Positions 48,808-58,929 of a stretch of 64,000 bases of DNA are shown here, one piece after another. The DNA is taken from contig JBDZUX010000006.1 in NCBI GenBank assembly GCA_040255405.1, forward strand, positions 3,862-67,861, in the 5' to 3' direction. Position numbers and translations under genes: made by a program. How positions within the stretch are numbered: the stretch's first letter is position 1; every line of letters begins with the position of its first letter. The DNA is from Lysobacteraceae bacterium. GTDB taxonomy: Bacteria > Pseudomonadota > Gammaproteobacteria > Xanthomonadales > Rhodanobacteraceae. Under the pieces are notes generated by a model. The model was not told the DNA's origin. It ran no database searches and saw only the letters and a list, made by a program, of their open reading frames with translations.

Positions 48808-50727
48808 TCATCGAAAAAACCGCTGCACGTCTTCCAGCAGGCGCGTGCGCGGCATCGGCGGAAGACTCGCGAGGAACAGCTTGCCATAGGCGCGCGTGGT
48901 CAGGCGTGGGTCGCACAGCACCAGCACGCCGCGATCATGCACGTCGCGGATCAACCGTCCCGCACCCTGCTTGAGCGCGATCGCCGCGGCCGGAATTTGC
49001 CAGTCGCGGAACGGGTTGCCGCCCGCGCGGCGCACCGCGTCGAGGCGCGCCTGCAACACCGGATCGTCGGGCGAGGCGAATGGCAGCTTGTCGATGACGA
49101 CGACGCTCAAGGCTTCACCCGCCACGTCCACGCCTTCCCAGAAGCTCGCCGCGCCCAGCAGCACGCCGTTGCCGCTGTCGCGGAAATCCGACAACAACTG
49201 GTGCCGCGGCGCGCTGCCCTGCACGAACAACGGCCACGGCCCGTCCAGCAACAGGTCCGCCGCGAGCCGCAGCGCACGATGCGAGGTGAACAACAGGAAC
49301 GCGCGGCCGTTCGACGCCTCCAGCACCGGCCGCACCGTTTCGATGACGCGTTGCGTGTAATCGCGCGCGGCGGGATCGGGCAACCCTTGCGGCAACCAGC
49401 ACAACGCCTGATGCGGATAATCGAACGGGCTACCAAGATCCAGCGTCGCCGGATCGACCAGGCCCATCTGGCGCGTGAAATGATCGAAGTGACCGGCCAC
49501 CGCCAGCGTGGCCGACGTGTGGATCCACGCAGCGTCGGTCGCATTGCGCAACGTCTGCAACTGCGGCGCGAGATCCAGCGGCGTCGCACTCAACTCGAAA
49601 CCGTGGTCGGACAACTCGTACCAGCGCACCTCGTCCTCGCCGTCGCGGCCGGCGATGCGCTGCAGGCGCTGGTCCAGCACCACGCAACGCGCGTGCACGC
49701 TGGCCAAGCCCTTGGACCGCTCGGCCTGACCCATCAATACGCCGGCCAGGTCGGCCAGTGCATTGCCCAGGTTTTCCAGTGCCTCGGCTGCGCCCGCATC
49801 GGCCTCCAGTTGCGCGAACGCGCCGCGCTTCGGCAAGGTATCGAACGCGAGCCGCGCCTTGCGCACCGCATCGTTCACGTGGTCCAGTCCGGGTTGCAGC
49901 ATGGCCAAGGCGCCGGGCTGGCCCGCGCATTCGGCCAGCGTGTCGGTCGCGAGTTCCTTCACCTGGCGCGCGCTGACGCCGACCGAAAAATACTGCCCGG
50001 CGAGTTCCGGCAACTGGTGCGCCTCGTCGAGCACGTAAGCGTCGGCTTCGGGCAGGATCGCGCCGAAGCCCTCGCGTTTCAGCGCCAGATCCGACAACAG
50101 CAGGTGATGGTTCACCACCATGAGATCGGCTTCCTGCGCGTGCCGGCGCGCCTTGAACACGAAGCACTCGTCGTAGAACGGGCATTCGGCACCGAGGCAG
50201 TTTTCGGCGGTGGACGTGACGCGCGGCCACAATGGTGAACCTTCGGGCACCTCGACCAGTTCCGCGCGATCGCCGATACGCGTGCGCGACGCCCACTCGC
50301 GGATTTTCTGCAGGTCGGTCAGTTGCGCGCGCGATTTGAACTGGCCCGATTCGACCGTTTGCTGCAGGCGGTATTTGCAGAGGTAATTGGCGCGGCCCTT
50401 CAACAACGCCACGTCGGCCTTCGCGCCCAGGATCGACATCACCCGCGGCAGGTCTCGATGGAACAACTGGTCCTGCAGGTTGCGCGTGCCGGTCGAGACG
50501 ACCACGCGTTTGCCGGAAAGCAGCGCCGGCACCAGGTACGCGAAGGTCTTGCCGGTGCCGGTGCCGGCTTCCACGACCAGCGCGTCGCGATGTTCGATCG
50601 CGTCGGTCACCGCATCGGCCATCCGCTGCTGCGTCTCGCGCGGCGCGAAGTTCGGCACCTCGCGCGCGAACGGGCCGTCCGCGCCGAGCAGCGATGAGGC
50701 GGAAAGTTCGTCGGCAACCCTGACCAT
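48808..50727 (-). CDS. ATP-dependent DNA helicase, DinG/YoaA (Rad3/XPD) family
   Basis: Blocks are VVEAGTGTGKTFAYLVP, the Fe-S Cys cluster C..C..C (CLGAECPFYDEC), DEAHQL and a C-terminal helicase_C_2 domain. An alternative GTG start is at 50772. Confidence 0.88.
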   Translation of the reverse strand: MVRVADELSASSLLGADGPFAREVPNFAPRETQQRMADAVTDAIEHRDALVVEAGTGTGKTFAYLVPALLSGKRVVVSTGTRNLQDQLFHRDLPRVMSILGAKADVALLKGRANYLCKYRLQQTVESGQFKSRAQLTDLQKIREWASRTRIGDRAELVEVPEGSPLWPRVTSTAENCLGAECPFYDECFVFKARRHAQEADLMVVNHHLLLSDLALKREGFGAILPEADAYVLDEAHQLPELAGQYFSVGVSARQVKELATDTLAECAGQPGALAMLQPGLDHVNDAVRKARLAFDTLPKRGAFAQLEADAGAAEALENLGNALADLAGVLMGQAERSKGLASVHARCVVLDQRLQRIAGRDGEDEVRWYELSDHGFELSATPLDLAPQLQTLRNATDAAWIHTSATLAVAGHFDHFTRQMGLVDPATLDLGSPFDYPHQALCWLPQGLPDPAARDYTQRVIETVRPVLEASNGRAFLLFTSHRALRLAADLLLDGPWPLFVQGSAPRHQLLSDFRDSGNGVLLGAASFWEGVDVAGEALSVVVIDKLPFASPDDPVLQARLDAVRRAGGNPFRDWQIPAAAIALKQGAGRLIRDVHDRGVLVLCDPRLTTRAYGKLFLASLPPMPRTRLLEDVQRFFR

Positions 50728-50804
50728 CGTGCAAGTATCGCGGAGCAGGCCAGTCGACGAAACAGCCAGCACCGGGATAAAGCGTCAAGCGTACAATTTG
50801 ACGT

Positions 50805-51185
50805 TCAACGCCCGCCAGGCCCGAAGTACTCGCAGCCTTCTCCGCTCTGCCCACGTTTGACGATCACGCGTTGCAACTGCGGCAAATCGCCGAGTGCTTC
50901 CCAGACGAAGCGCGCAATGTTTTCCATGGTGGGTGTGCCGAGGCCCTCCACGTCGTTGAGCATGCGATGGTCGAGCGCGTCGCGCACGACGCTGATGCGA
51001 CGTTCAAGATCGCCCATGTCCACCACCCAGCCGTGCCCGGTCAACGGGCCACGCACCCACACTTCCACCTGGTAGGAATGCCCGTGGATGTTCCGATAGC
51101 GCGGATCGCCGTCGGGGCCGGCATCCAGTTGATGCGCCGCGTCGAAGCGGAATTCCTTCCAGACGGTGAAAACGTGTCCACTCAT
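50805..51185 (-). CDS. queD: 6-carboxy-5,6,7,8-tetrahydropterin synthase
   Basis: The sequence is MSGHVFTVWKEFRFDAAHQL...NIHGHSYQVEVWV. The ATG overlaps the queE stop (ATGA). Confidence 0.92.
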   Translation of the reverse strand: MSGHVFTVWKEFRFDAAHQLDAGPDGDPRYRNIHGHSYQVEVWVRGPLTGHGWVVDMGDLERRISVVRDALDHRMLNDVEGLGTPTMENIARFVWEALGDLPQLQRVIVKRGQSGEGCEYFGPGGR

Positions 51186-51814
51186 GGAATGCCAAGGTAC
51201 TTGTGGGTCTGCAGACTCAGGCGCCAGTGCGGGTGCGCCTTGCAGTAATCGACCGCGGCGCGGGTGTTTTCCGCGATGCGTGGCCCGTCCATCGGCTGCA
51301 GGAAAAAATGCGTGGCGGGAAACGCGGTGAAGCGTTCCGGCATGGCCGTGGGCTGCGGATAGACCAGTTTCAATTCGCTGGCGCGTTGCAGCTTCACCGG
51401 CGCGGTGCTCTTGGGACTGACGGTGATCCAGTCGAGTCCATCCGGTGCTTCCAGCGTGCCGTTGGTTTCGACCGCGCATTCGAAGCCGCGTGCGTGCATC
51501 GCATCCAGCAATGGGGCGTCGAGTTGCAGCAGCGGTTCGCCGCCGGTGAACACCACGAAGCGGTTTTCGTTCTGGTCGCGCGGCCACAAGCCGGCGATCT
51601 TGTCCGCGGCGGCATCGGCATCCGGATACTTGCCACCGTTTTCGCCGTCGGTGCCGACGAAATCAGTGTCGCAGAAGTAGCACACTGCATCCGCGCGGTC
51701 GGCTTCGCGTCCCGACCACAAGTTGCAGCCCGTGAACCGGCAGAACACGGCGGGGCGCCCGGCGTGGAAGCCTTCGCCTTGCAGCGTGTAGAAGATTTCC
51801 TTGATGGCGTACAT
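51182..51814 (-). CDS. queE: 7-carboxy-7-deazaguanine synthase (radical SAM)
   Basis: The N-terminus is MYAIKEIFYTLQGEGFHAGRPAVFCRFTGCNLWSG. Confidence 0.93.
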   Translation of the reverse strand: MYAIKEIFYTLQGEGFHAGRPAVFCRFTGCNLWSGREADRADAVCYFCDTDFVGTDGENGGKYPDADAAADKIAGLWPRDQNENRFVVFTGGEPLLQLDAPLLDAMHARGFECAVETNGTLEAPDGLDWITVSPKSTAPVKLQRASELKLVYPQPTAMPERFTAFPATHFFLQPMDGPRIAENTRAAVDYCKAHPHWRLSLQTHKYLGIP

Positions 51815-51904
51815 GGGGGCAATCGAATCGTGGACCCGCTATTTTGACAGCGCCGCGCCCCGACCGTCGCAGTAAGCTGTGTTCCCTGCCTCCGGGACCG
51901 CAGG

Positions 51905-52711
51905 ATGCTGCAACGCGAGCCGCCTCCCCCACTGCGACCTTTCGTCTGCATGTTCTGGGCGGACAACCCGCGCGCGGGCGGTGCGGCTTTTCGCGAACGC
52001 GTCCTGCCGACCGGGCATATGCATCTGGTGTTCCGGTCGTCGGCGCATCCCCTGTGGATCCTGGATGACCCGCAGAACCGCCGCGGTATCAGCTGCGGCC
52101 ACGCGGTGGTGGGTGGCGCACGTGCCCGTGCCTATCTGCGCGAGGTGCTGCCGGGTGGCGCTTCGGTGGGCGCCGAACTGCGCGCTGGCGCCTGCGTGGC
52201 GCTGTTCGGCGTACCGGCCGACGTGCTGGCGGGGCGGCATACGCCGCTCGAAGACCTTTGGGGGGCGGAAGCGATGCACGCCTGCGATCGCATCTTCTCG
52301 GCACGCGGCAGAGGGGCCCAGCTCGATGCATTCGCTGATCTGCTCGCCGCGCGGCTGCCACGCGTGCACGGGTTGCATCCGGCGGTCGCCCCGGCCCTCG
52401 CGGGATTTCGTGAATCGCAGGACGTGCAAGCGATGGTCGCGGCCAGCGGCTACAGCCACCGGCACTTCATCGCCGTATTCGAACGTGAAACCGGATTGAC
52501 GCCGAAGCGCTTCTGCCGTGTGCAACGTTTCCGCAAATTGTTGGCGCACGCGACTGCCCATCCGGGGCTGTCGTGGACGGAGCTCGCGCTGGCCCATGGC
52601 TACAGCGACCAGCCGCATTTCAACCGCGAATTCCGCGCCTTCGCCGGCATCACGCCCGGCGAATACCGGCGCTCGGCGCCGCGCTACCCGCACCACGTGC
52701 CGCTTGCCTGA
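51905..52711 (+). CDS. AraC-family transcriptional regulator
   Basis: The C-terminal HTH_18 block is GYSHRHFIAVFERETGLTPKRF...GYSDQPHFNREFRAFAGITPGEY. Confidence 0.85.
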   Translation: MLQREPPPPLRPFVCMFWADNPRAGGAAFRERVLPTGHMHLVFRSSAHPLWILDDPQNRRGISCGHAVVGGARARAYLREVLPGGASVGAELRAGACVALFGVPADVLAGRHTPLEDLWGAEAMHACDRIFSARGRGAQLDAFADLLAARLPRVHGLHPAVAPALAGFRESQDVQAMVAASGYSHRHFIAVFERETGLTPKRFCRVQRFRKLLAHATAHPGLSWTELALAHGYSDQPHFNREFRAFAGITPGEYRRSAPRYPHHVPLA

Positions 52712-52810
52712 ACGCGGTCCACCCCGCACGCGCGCCAGAGGTCAAATTCGTGCAAGCGCCGGGTCCGCCGCTGCACCACAATCGCGTTCGTCCACTCCCG
52801 AGGAACCGCC

Positions 52811-53254
52811 ATGGCCATCCACGAAGCATTCGCCTACCTCACCGTCAACGGCGCGGCCGAGGCCATCGACTTCTACACCCGCGCGTTCGGCGCGCAAGAG
52901 AAATTCCGCCTGGCGGAACCGGGCGGCCGCGTCGGCCACGCCGAACTCGACTTCGGAGGTACCTTGATCATGATCGCCGATGCCTTCCCGGAATACGGCC
53001 TGCGCGATCCGAAAGCCCTGGGCGGCACGCCGTTTTCAATCCACCTGCACGTGGACGATGCCGACGCAATGGTGCGCCGTGCGGTCGACGCCGGCGCCAC
53101 GCTCGAGCGCGAACCCGCGGACCAGTTCTACGGCGAGCGCTCCGGCTCGGTGTTCGACCCGTTCGGCCATCGCTGGCTGATCGGACACGCCATCGAGAAA
53201 GTGTCCCCGGACGAGATGCAGCGGCGCTACACGGCGATGATGCAAGGCCAGTAG
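52811..53254 (+). CDS. VOC/glyoxalase-superfamily protein (PhnB-like)
   Basis: The sequence is MAIHEAFAYLTVNGAAEAIDFYTRAFGA...FYGERSGSVFDPFGHRWLI. Confidence 0.8.
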   Translation: MAIHEAFAYLTVNGAAEAIDFYTRAFGAQEKFRLAEPGGRVGHAELDFGGTLIMIADAFPEYGLRDPKALGGTPFSIHLHVDDADAMVRRAVDAGATLEREPADQFYGERSGSVFDPFGHRWLIGHAIEKVSPDEMQRRYTAMMQGQ

Positions 53255-53283
53255 GGGCGCCTCCGCGCGCATAGAATCGCGGC

Positions 53284-53781
53284 ATGCAAATTCGCACCGC
53301 CCGCCCCGACGACGCCGAAGCCATCGCTGCCGCGGAAGCCGAAACGCAACGCACGCCCGGCTTGCTGATCGGGCATCCGGGCGAAATTCCGGTGGAAGCG
53401 TACCGGGCGAAGATCGCCAAGCTGGCGACGGACGGACGCTACATCGTGGCCGAAGAAGACGGCGCGCCGGTCGGCCACGCGCTCCTCGATCCGCTGCCGA
53501 TGCGCGCCCATGCGCACGTGTTCCAGCTGACCATTGTGGTGCATCCGGACCACGTCGAGCGGGGCATCGGCCGCGTGCTGCTCGGTGACCTGCTGGAGTG
53601 GGCCCGGCGCGATCCGCGGGTCGGCCGCGTCGAGCTGAAGGTGCGCGCCGGCAACCTGCGCGCGCAGAACCTTTACCGCAGCATGGGCTTCGTCGAGGAG
53701 GCGCGCTTCCGGAGCCGGGTACGGCGCATCGACGGCGTGCTCGAGGACGACCTCGGCATGGCCTGGTTTCCGCAGCGCTAG
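53284..53781 (+). CDS. GNAT-family N-acetyltransferase
   Basis: The sequence is MQIRTARPDDAEAI...VVHPDHVERGIGRVLL...NLRAQNLYRSMGF. Confidence 0.85.
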   Translation: MQIRTARPDDAEAIAAAEAETQRTPGLLIGHPGEIPVEAYRAKIAKLATDGRYIVAEEDGAPVGHALLDPLPMRAHAHVFQLTIVVHPDHVERGIGRVLLGDLLEWARRDPRVGRVELKVRAGNLRAQNLYRSMGFVEEARFRSRVRRIDGVLEDDLGMAWFPQR

Positions 53782-53835
53782 CCGGCCGCCTGCGTCGGTG
53801 ACAAACTGTCGCGGACGGTTCGCGGGAGCGATGGC

Positions 53836-54261
53836 ATGGCGGACGACGAAGACGCCCGGGTACTCGACACCTTCCGGCAAATGGCCGCGCTGCAGGCACG
53901 GGTGTGCTACATGAACGTGGACCGCACGCTGGCGACGTGGACGCGCACGGCGCTGGCGCTGATCGTCTTCGGCACCATCGTCGATCGATACGGGCTGCTG
54001 CTGTTGCGCGATCATTTTCCCCACGTCGGCACGCAGCTTGCCCCCAATCCCGTCTCCAGCACCGGCGGCATCTTCCTGGTCGCGACCGGCGTGCTCATCG
54101 CGGTGGCCGCCGCGATCCGCCATCAGCGCTACAAGGCGATGTGGGGCCGCGCATTCGGCCAGGATGAAACGTTCGGCCCGTGGCTGGCATTTCCATTCGC
54201 GTTGGGCGTTGCGGTGGTCGGCGTCGCGATGCTGGCGTTGTTGCTGGTGCTGGCGCAATGA
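53836..54261 (+). CDS. DUF202 (YidH-like) membrane protein
   Basis: NVDRTLATWTRTALALIVFG is followed by three hydrophobic segments. Confidence 0.75.
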   Translation: MADDEDARVLDTFRQMAALQARVCYMNVDRTLATWTRTALALIVFGTIVDRYGLLLLRDHFPHVGTQLAPNPVSSTGGIFLVATGVLIAVAAAIRHQRYKAMWGRAFGQDETFGPWLAFPFALGVAVVGVAMLALLLVLAQ

Positions 54262-54731
54262 CCCCCGCCGCCGCTCCCGGCACGCATCCCGAGCGTTCGC
54301 ACGACGGCGACGCGCACAACCTGCAGGTGCAGGTCGCGCGCGAACTGGTCGAACTCTCGCTGCAGCGCTCGTACATGAACACCGAGCGCACGCTGGCGGT
54401 GTGGACGCGCACCGCGCTGTCGCTGATGATTTTCGGGATCGCGGTGGACCGCTTCGGCCTGCTGATGAACCACCCGCCGTGGCACGTATTGGACACCCGT
54501 CAACTGCTTCCGAATCCGCTTTCCACCCTCGGGGGCGTGGTGCTGGTCGCCATGGGCGTGGCGATCCTGCTGGCCGCGGGATTCCGGTTCCTGGCGTACG
54601 GGCTCAGATGGTACCGGCGCAATCCGCGCAAGGTATGGTTCCACACGCCCTGGCTGGCGTTCTCGTTCGCGATGCTGATGGCGGCGTTCGGGATCGCGTT
54701 GCTGGTGGTGCTGTGCGTGTTCCGGCAGTAA
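54258..54731 (+). CDS. DUF202 (YidH/YidG-like) membrane protein, second copy
   Basis: The ATG overlaps the upstream stop (ATGA). The motif NTERTLAVWTRTALSLMIFG is present. Confidence 0.75.
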   Translation: MTPAAAPGTHPERSHDGDAHNLQVQVARELVELSLQRSYMNTERTLAVWTRTALSLMIFGIAVDRFGLLMNHPPWHVLDTRQLLPNPLSTLGGVVLVAMGVAILLAAGFRFLAYGLRWYRRNPRKVWFHTPWLAFSFAMLMAAFGIALLVVLCVFRQ

Positions 54732-54765
54732 CCGGGGCGTGACCGATCTTTGCAGCGCGCGCGTG

Positions 54766-56484
54766 TCAGCGCCAGGCATTCGAAACGGGATAGCGCCGCT
54801 CACGGCCGAACGCGCACGTGGAAACGCGCGGTCCGGGTGCCGATTGGCGCCGCTTGAATTCGCTGGCGTACAGCATCCGCACCACGCGCTGCACGTCGTT
54901 GGCGTCGTAGCCAGCCGCGACGATCTCGGCCTGCGACTGTGCGCCTTCGATGCAGCGCACGAGGATGCCGTCCAGCACGTCGTAGGGGGGCAGCGAATCC
55001 TGGTCGGTCTGGTCGGCGCGCAATTCGGCGGAAGGTGCGCGTTCGATCACGGCGATGGGTATGGGCAACAACGAGGCGTCAGGAAAACCGGGGGCAGAAT
55101 GCACTTTCGCGGAAGAAACAGTGTGCACGCGGAGCCGGGGTTCGAAAGTGCACTCTGCCCCCGGTTTTCCCGGTTTTCCGGCACCATTGCGCCACTTTGC
55201 CAAGGCATACACCTGCGTCTTGTAGACATCCTTCAACGGCGCATAGCCGCCGCACATGTCGCCGTACAGCGTTGCGTAGCCGACCGCCATCTCGCTCTTG
55301 TTGCCGGTGGTCAGCAACAACTTGCCGGTCTGGTTCGACAATGCCATCAGCAGCACGCCGCGGCTGCGCGCCTGCAGGTTCTGTGCCGTGAGATCCGCCA
55401 ACTCGCCGCACGCGGGCGCCAATGCGGCAGCGGCAGCGTCCACGGCGCCCGCGATCGATACGTCGAGATATTCGACGCCCAGCGTGCGGGCCTGCGCATG
55501 CGCCTCGCGCAGGGAGAGGTCGGAGGTGTAGCGCGAAGGCAGCATCACGGCGGTGACCTTGTCCGCACCCAGCGCGTCCACCGCGATCGCCAGCGTCAAC
55601 GCGGAATCGATGCCGCCGGAAAGCCCGAGCAGCACGCCTTCGAAGCCATTCTTGGCGGCGTAGTCGCGCACACCACGCACCAGCGCCGCGTACAGCAGGG
55701 CCTCGGTGGACGTGTCGGCCGCGGCGGCCCAATCGCGCGCGGCCCACTTGCGTGGCCCGGAGTCGAATTCCGCCCACAGCAGCACATCGACGAACGCCGG
55801 CGCGCGCGCTGCGACGGAGCCGTCGCCGTTCACGAGCAGCGATGCGCCGTCATACACCACGTCGTCCTGCCCGCCCACCATGTTGAGGTAGGCGATCGCG
55901 CAACCGGTTTCCATGGCGCGCGCAGCCAGCAACGCCTCGCGCTGCGCCTGCTTGGCGGTATCGAACGGCGAGGCGTTGATCACAACCACCATTTCCGCAC
56001 CGGCACGCGCAGCGGCCGCGATGGGTTCGGGCTGCCACGCGTCTTCGCAGATCAGCAGCCCCACGCGCACGCCGTGCAACGTGGTGACGGTGACGGCGTG
56101 TCCCGGTTCGAACCAGCGCTTGTCGTCGAACACGCCGTAGTTGGGCAGCACGAGCTTGTGCGCGATCTGCGCGACGCGCCCGTCATGCAGCAAGGCGGCC
56201 GCGTTGTACACGACCCCCGCGCTGTGCGGAAAACCGACCAGGGCCGCGAGCCCGTCCGCCTCCGTAGCCAGGTTGTCCATCTCCGATTGGCACGCGGCGA
56301 GGAAACTCGGCCGCAGCAGCAGGTCTTCCGGCGGATAGCCGCTCAAGGCAAGTTCAGGGCACACCAGCAGGTCGGCGCCGCCCGCGCGCGCGTCGCGCAT
56401 CAATACGCGCACGCGATCGGCATTGGCCGCAATGGCACCGACCGGAAAATCGAATTGCGCCAGCGCGAAACGCAGTGTTGCCAT
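54766..56484 (-). CDS. nadE: Glutamine-dependent NAD+ synthetase, carrying an in-frame repeat-derived insertion
   Basis: The N-terminal CN-hydrolase domain has LVCPELALSGYPPEDL and LLICEDAW. The synthetase domain has LGLSGGIDSAL and TTGNKSEMAVGYATLYGDMCGG. The C-terminal block is APSAELRADQTDQDSLPPYDVLD. Confidence 0.93.
   Translation of the reverse strand: MATLRFALAQFDFPVGAIAANADRVRVLMRDARAGGADLLVCPELALSGYPPEDLLLRPSFLAACQSEMDNLATEADGLAALVGFPHSAGVVYNAAALLHDGRVAQIAHKLVLPNYGVFDDKRWFEPGHAVTVTTLHGVRVGLLICEDAWQPEPIAAAARAGAEMVVVINASPFDTAKQAQREALLAARAMETGCAIAYLNMVGGQDDVVYDGASLLVNGDGSVAARAPAFVDVLLWAEFDSGPRKWAARDWAAAADTSTEALLYAALVRGVRDYAAKNGFEGVLLGLSGGIDSALTLAIAVDALGADKVTAVMLPSRYTSDLSLREAHAQARTLGVEYLDVSIAGAVDAAAAALAPACGELADLTAQNLQARSRGVLLMALSNQTGKLLLTTGNKSEMAVGYATLYGDMCGGYAPLKDVYKTQVYALAKWRNGAGKPGKPGAECTFEPRLRVHTVSSAKVHSAPGFPDASLLPIPIAVIERAPSAELRADQTDQDSLPPYDVLDGILVRCIEGAQSQAEIVAAGYDANDVQRVVRMLYASEFKRRQSAPGPRVSTCAFGRERRYPVSNAWR
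55082..55179. repeat. REPIN/MITE-like element, copy D, located inside the nadE reading frame
   Basis: GGAAAACCGGGGGCAGAATGCACTTTCG is paired with CGAAAGTGCACTCTGCCCCCGGTTTTCCCGGTTTTCC. In the nadE frame it reads GKPGKPGAECTFEPRLRVHTVSSAKVHSAPGFP. Confidence 0.8.
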
Positions 56485-56538
56485 GGTTGCTTTCCGCAGG
56501 AGCGCGCCTGTGCGCGACGGTCGCCGGCAGGCCGGCTC

Positions 56539-57408
56539 CTACATTTTCTTCGCCAGCGTCGCACCCAGGTCGGCCGGGGATTTGACGGTCGTGACGCCCG
56601 CCTTCTCCAGCGCCGCGAACTTGGCCGCGGCGGTGCCCTTGCCGCCCGAGATGATCGCGCCGGCGTGGCCCATGCGCTTGCCCGGCGGCGCCGATGCGCC
56701 GGCGATGAACGCGACCACGGGCTTGCTGACGTATTCCTCGATGAATTCGGCGGCTTCTTCCTCGGCACTGCCGCCGATCTCGCCGACCATGATGATGCCT
56801 TCGGTCTGCGGATCGTTCTGGAACAGCGTCAGGCAGTCGACGAAGTTCATGCCGTTGATCGGATCGCCGCCGATACCGATCACCGTCGATTGCCCGAGAC
56901 CGACGTTGGTGGTCTGGAAAACGGCTTCGTAGGTGAGCGTGCCCGAGCGCGATACGATCGCGACCTTGCCCGGCTGGTGGATGTGGCCGGGCATGATGCC
57001 GATCTTGCACTCGCCGGGCGTGATGATGCCGGGGCAGTTCGGGCCGATCAGCACGGTATCGGGATGGCCCTTCAGCACGTTCTTGACGCGCAGCATGTCG
57101 AGCACCGGTATGCCTTCGGTGATCGCCACGATCACCTTGATGCCGGCGGCCGCCGCTTCCAGGATCGCGTCGGCCGCGAACGGCGGCGGCACGAAGATCA
57201 CCGAGGCGTCGGCGCCGGTGTCGTCCACCGCTTCGCGCACGGTGTTGAAGACCGGCAGGCCGATGTGTTCGCTGCCACCCTTGCCCGGCGTGACGCCGCC
57301 GACCAGCCTGGTGCCGTAATCCAGCGCCTGCTGCGAATGGAAGGTGCCCTGCTGGCCGGTGAAGCCCTGGCAGATGACCTTGGTGTTCTTGTTGACCAGT
57401 ACGCTCAT
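56539..57408 (-). CDS. sucD: Succinate--CoA ligase subunit alpha
   Basis: The N-terminus is [33 protein letters not shown]. The catalytic His block is MGHAGAI. Confidence 0.96.
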   Translation of the reverse strand: MSVLVNKNTKVICQGFTGQQGTFHSQQALDYGTRLVGGVTPGKGGSEHIGLPVFNTVREAVDDTGADASVIFVPPPFAADAILEAAAAGIKVIVAITEGIPVLDMLRVKNVLKGHPDTVLIGPNCPGIITPGECKIGIMPGHIHQPGKVAIVSRSGTLTYEAVFQTTNVGLGQSTVIGIGGDPINGMNFVDCLTLFQNDPQTEGIIMVGEIGGSAEEEAAEFIEEYVSKPVVAFIAGASAPPGKRMGHAGAIISGGKGTAAAKFAALEKAGVTTVKSPADLGATLAKKM

Positions 57409-57426
57409 GACGTCGAAACCCTTCAT

Positions 57427-57511
57427 GTAGGGCGGGAGGAGCCGCGCAGCGGCGCATCCCGCCTTCGTGCAATCGAAAACGGCGGGATTCGCTACGCTGC
57501 TCCCGCCCTAC
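57427..57511. repeat. 85-bp palindromic GTAGGGCGGG-type element in the sucC-sucD intercistronic spacer
   Basis: GTAGGGCGGGAGGAGCCGCGCAGCGGCGCATCCCGCC is paired with GGCGGGATTCGCTACGCTGCTCCCGCCCTAC. The outer and inner arms are complementary. Confidence 0.75.
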
Positions 57512-57521
57512 CCGTTTTTGT

Positions 57522-58688
<1,167 letters not shown>

Positions 58689-58929
58689 GCAGGAGCCTCG
58701 TGATCTTGGGGAATGCCGGCAGCGGCACGGGCCGCCGTCCCGTCCCGCGGGCAGAGATCACGCGGCACGGCAGCCGCCTATTGTTGCGGCGCAACGGGCA
58801 TATGTCCAACGATCGTCCATGATCGCCGTTTCGCCGGAACACCGCCGGCGCGAGGAGCGTAGCGGTCATGGAACCCCGGAACGGCCGTCCATGGCCTGAC
58901 TTTTCACGACAGCCACTTCGCGCCGGATT

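Noticed and set aside
51815-51904. preQ1 riboswitch or other leader structure upstream of queE-queD.
   Set aside because: There is no recognisable preQ1-I/II consensus or compact hairpin/pseudoknot in the 90-nt spacer. The region is more simply a divergent promoter shared with the AraC gene.
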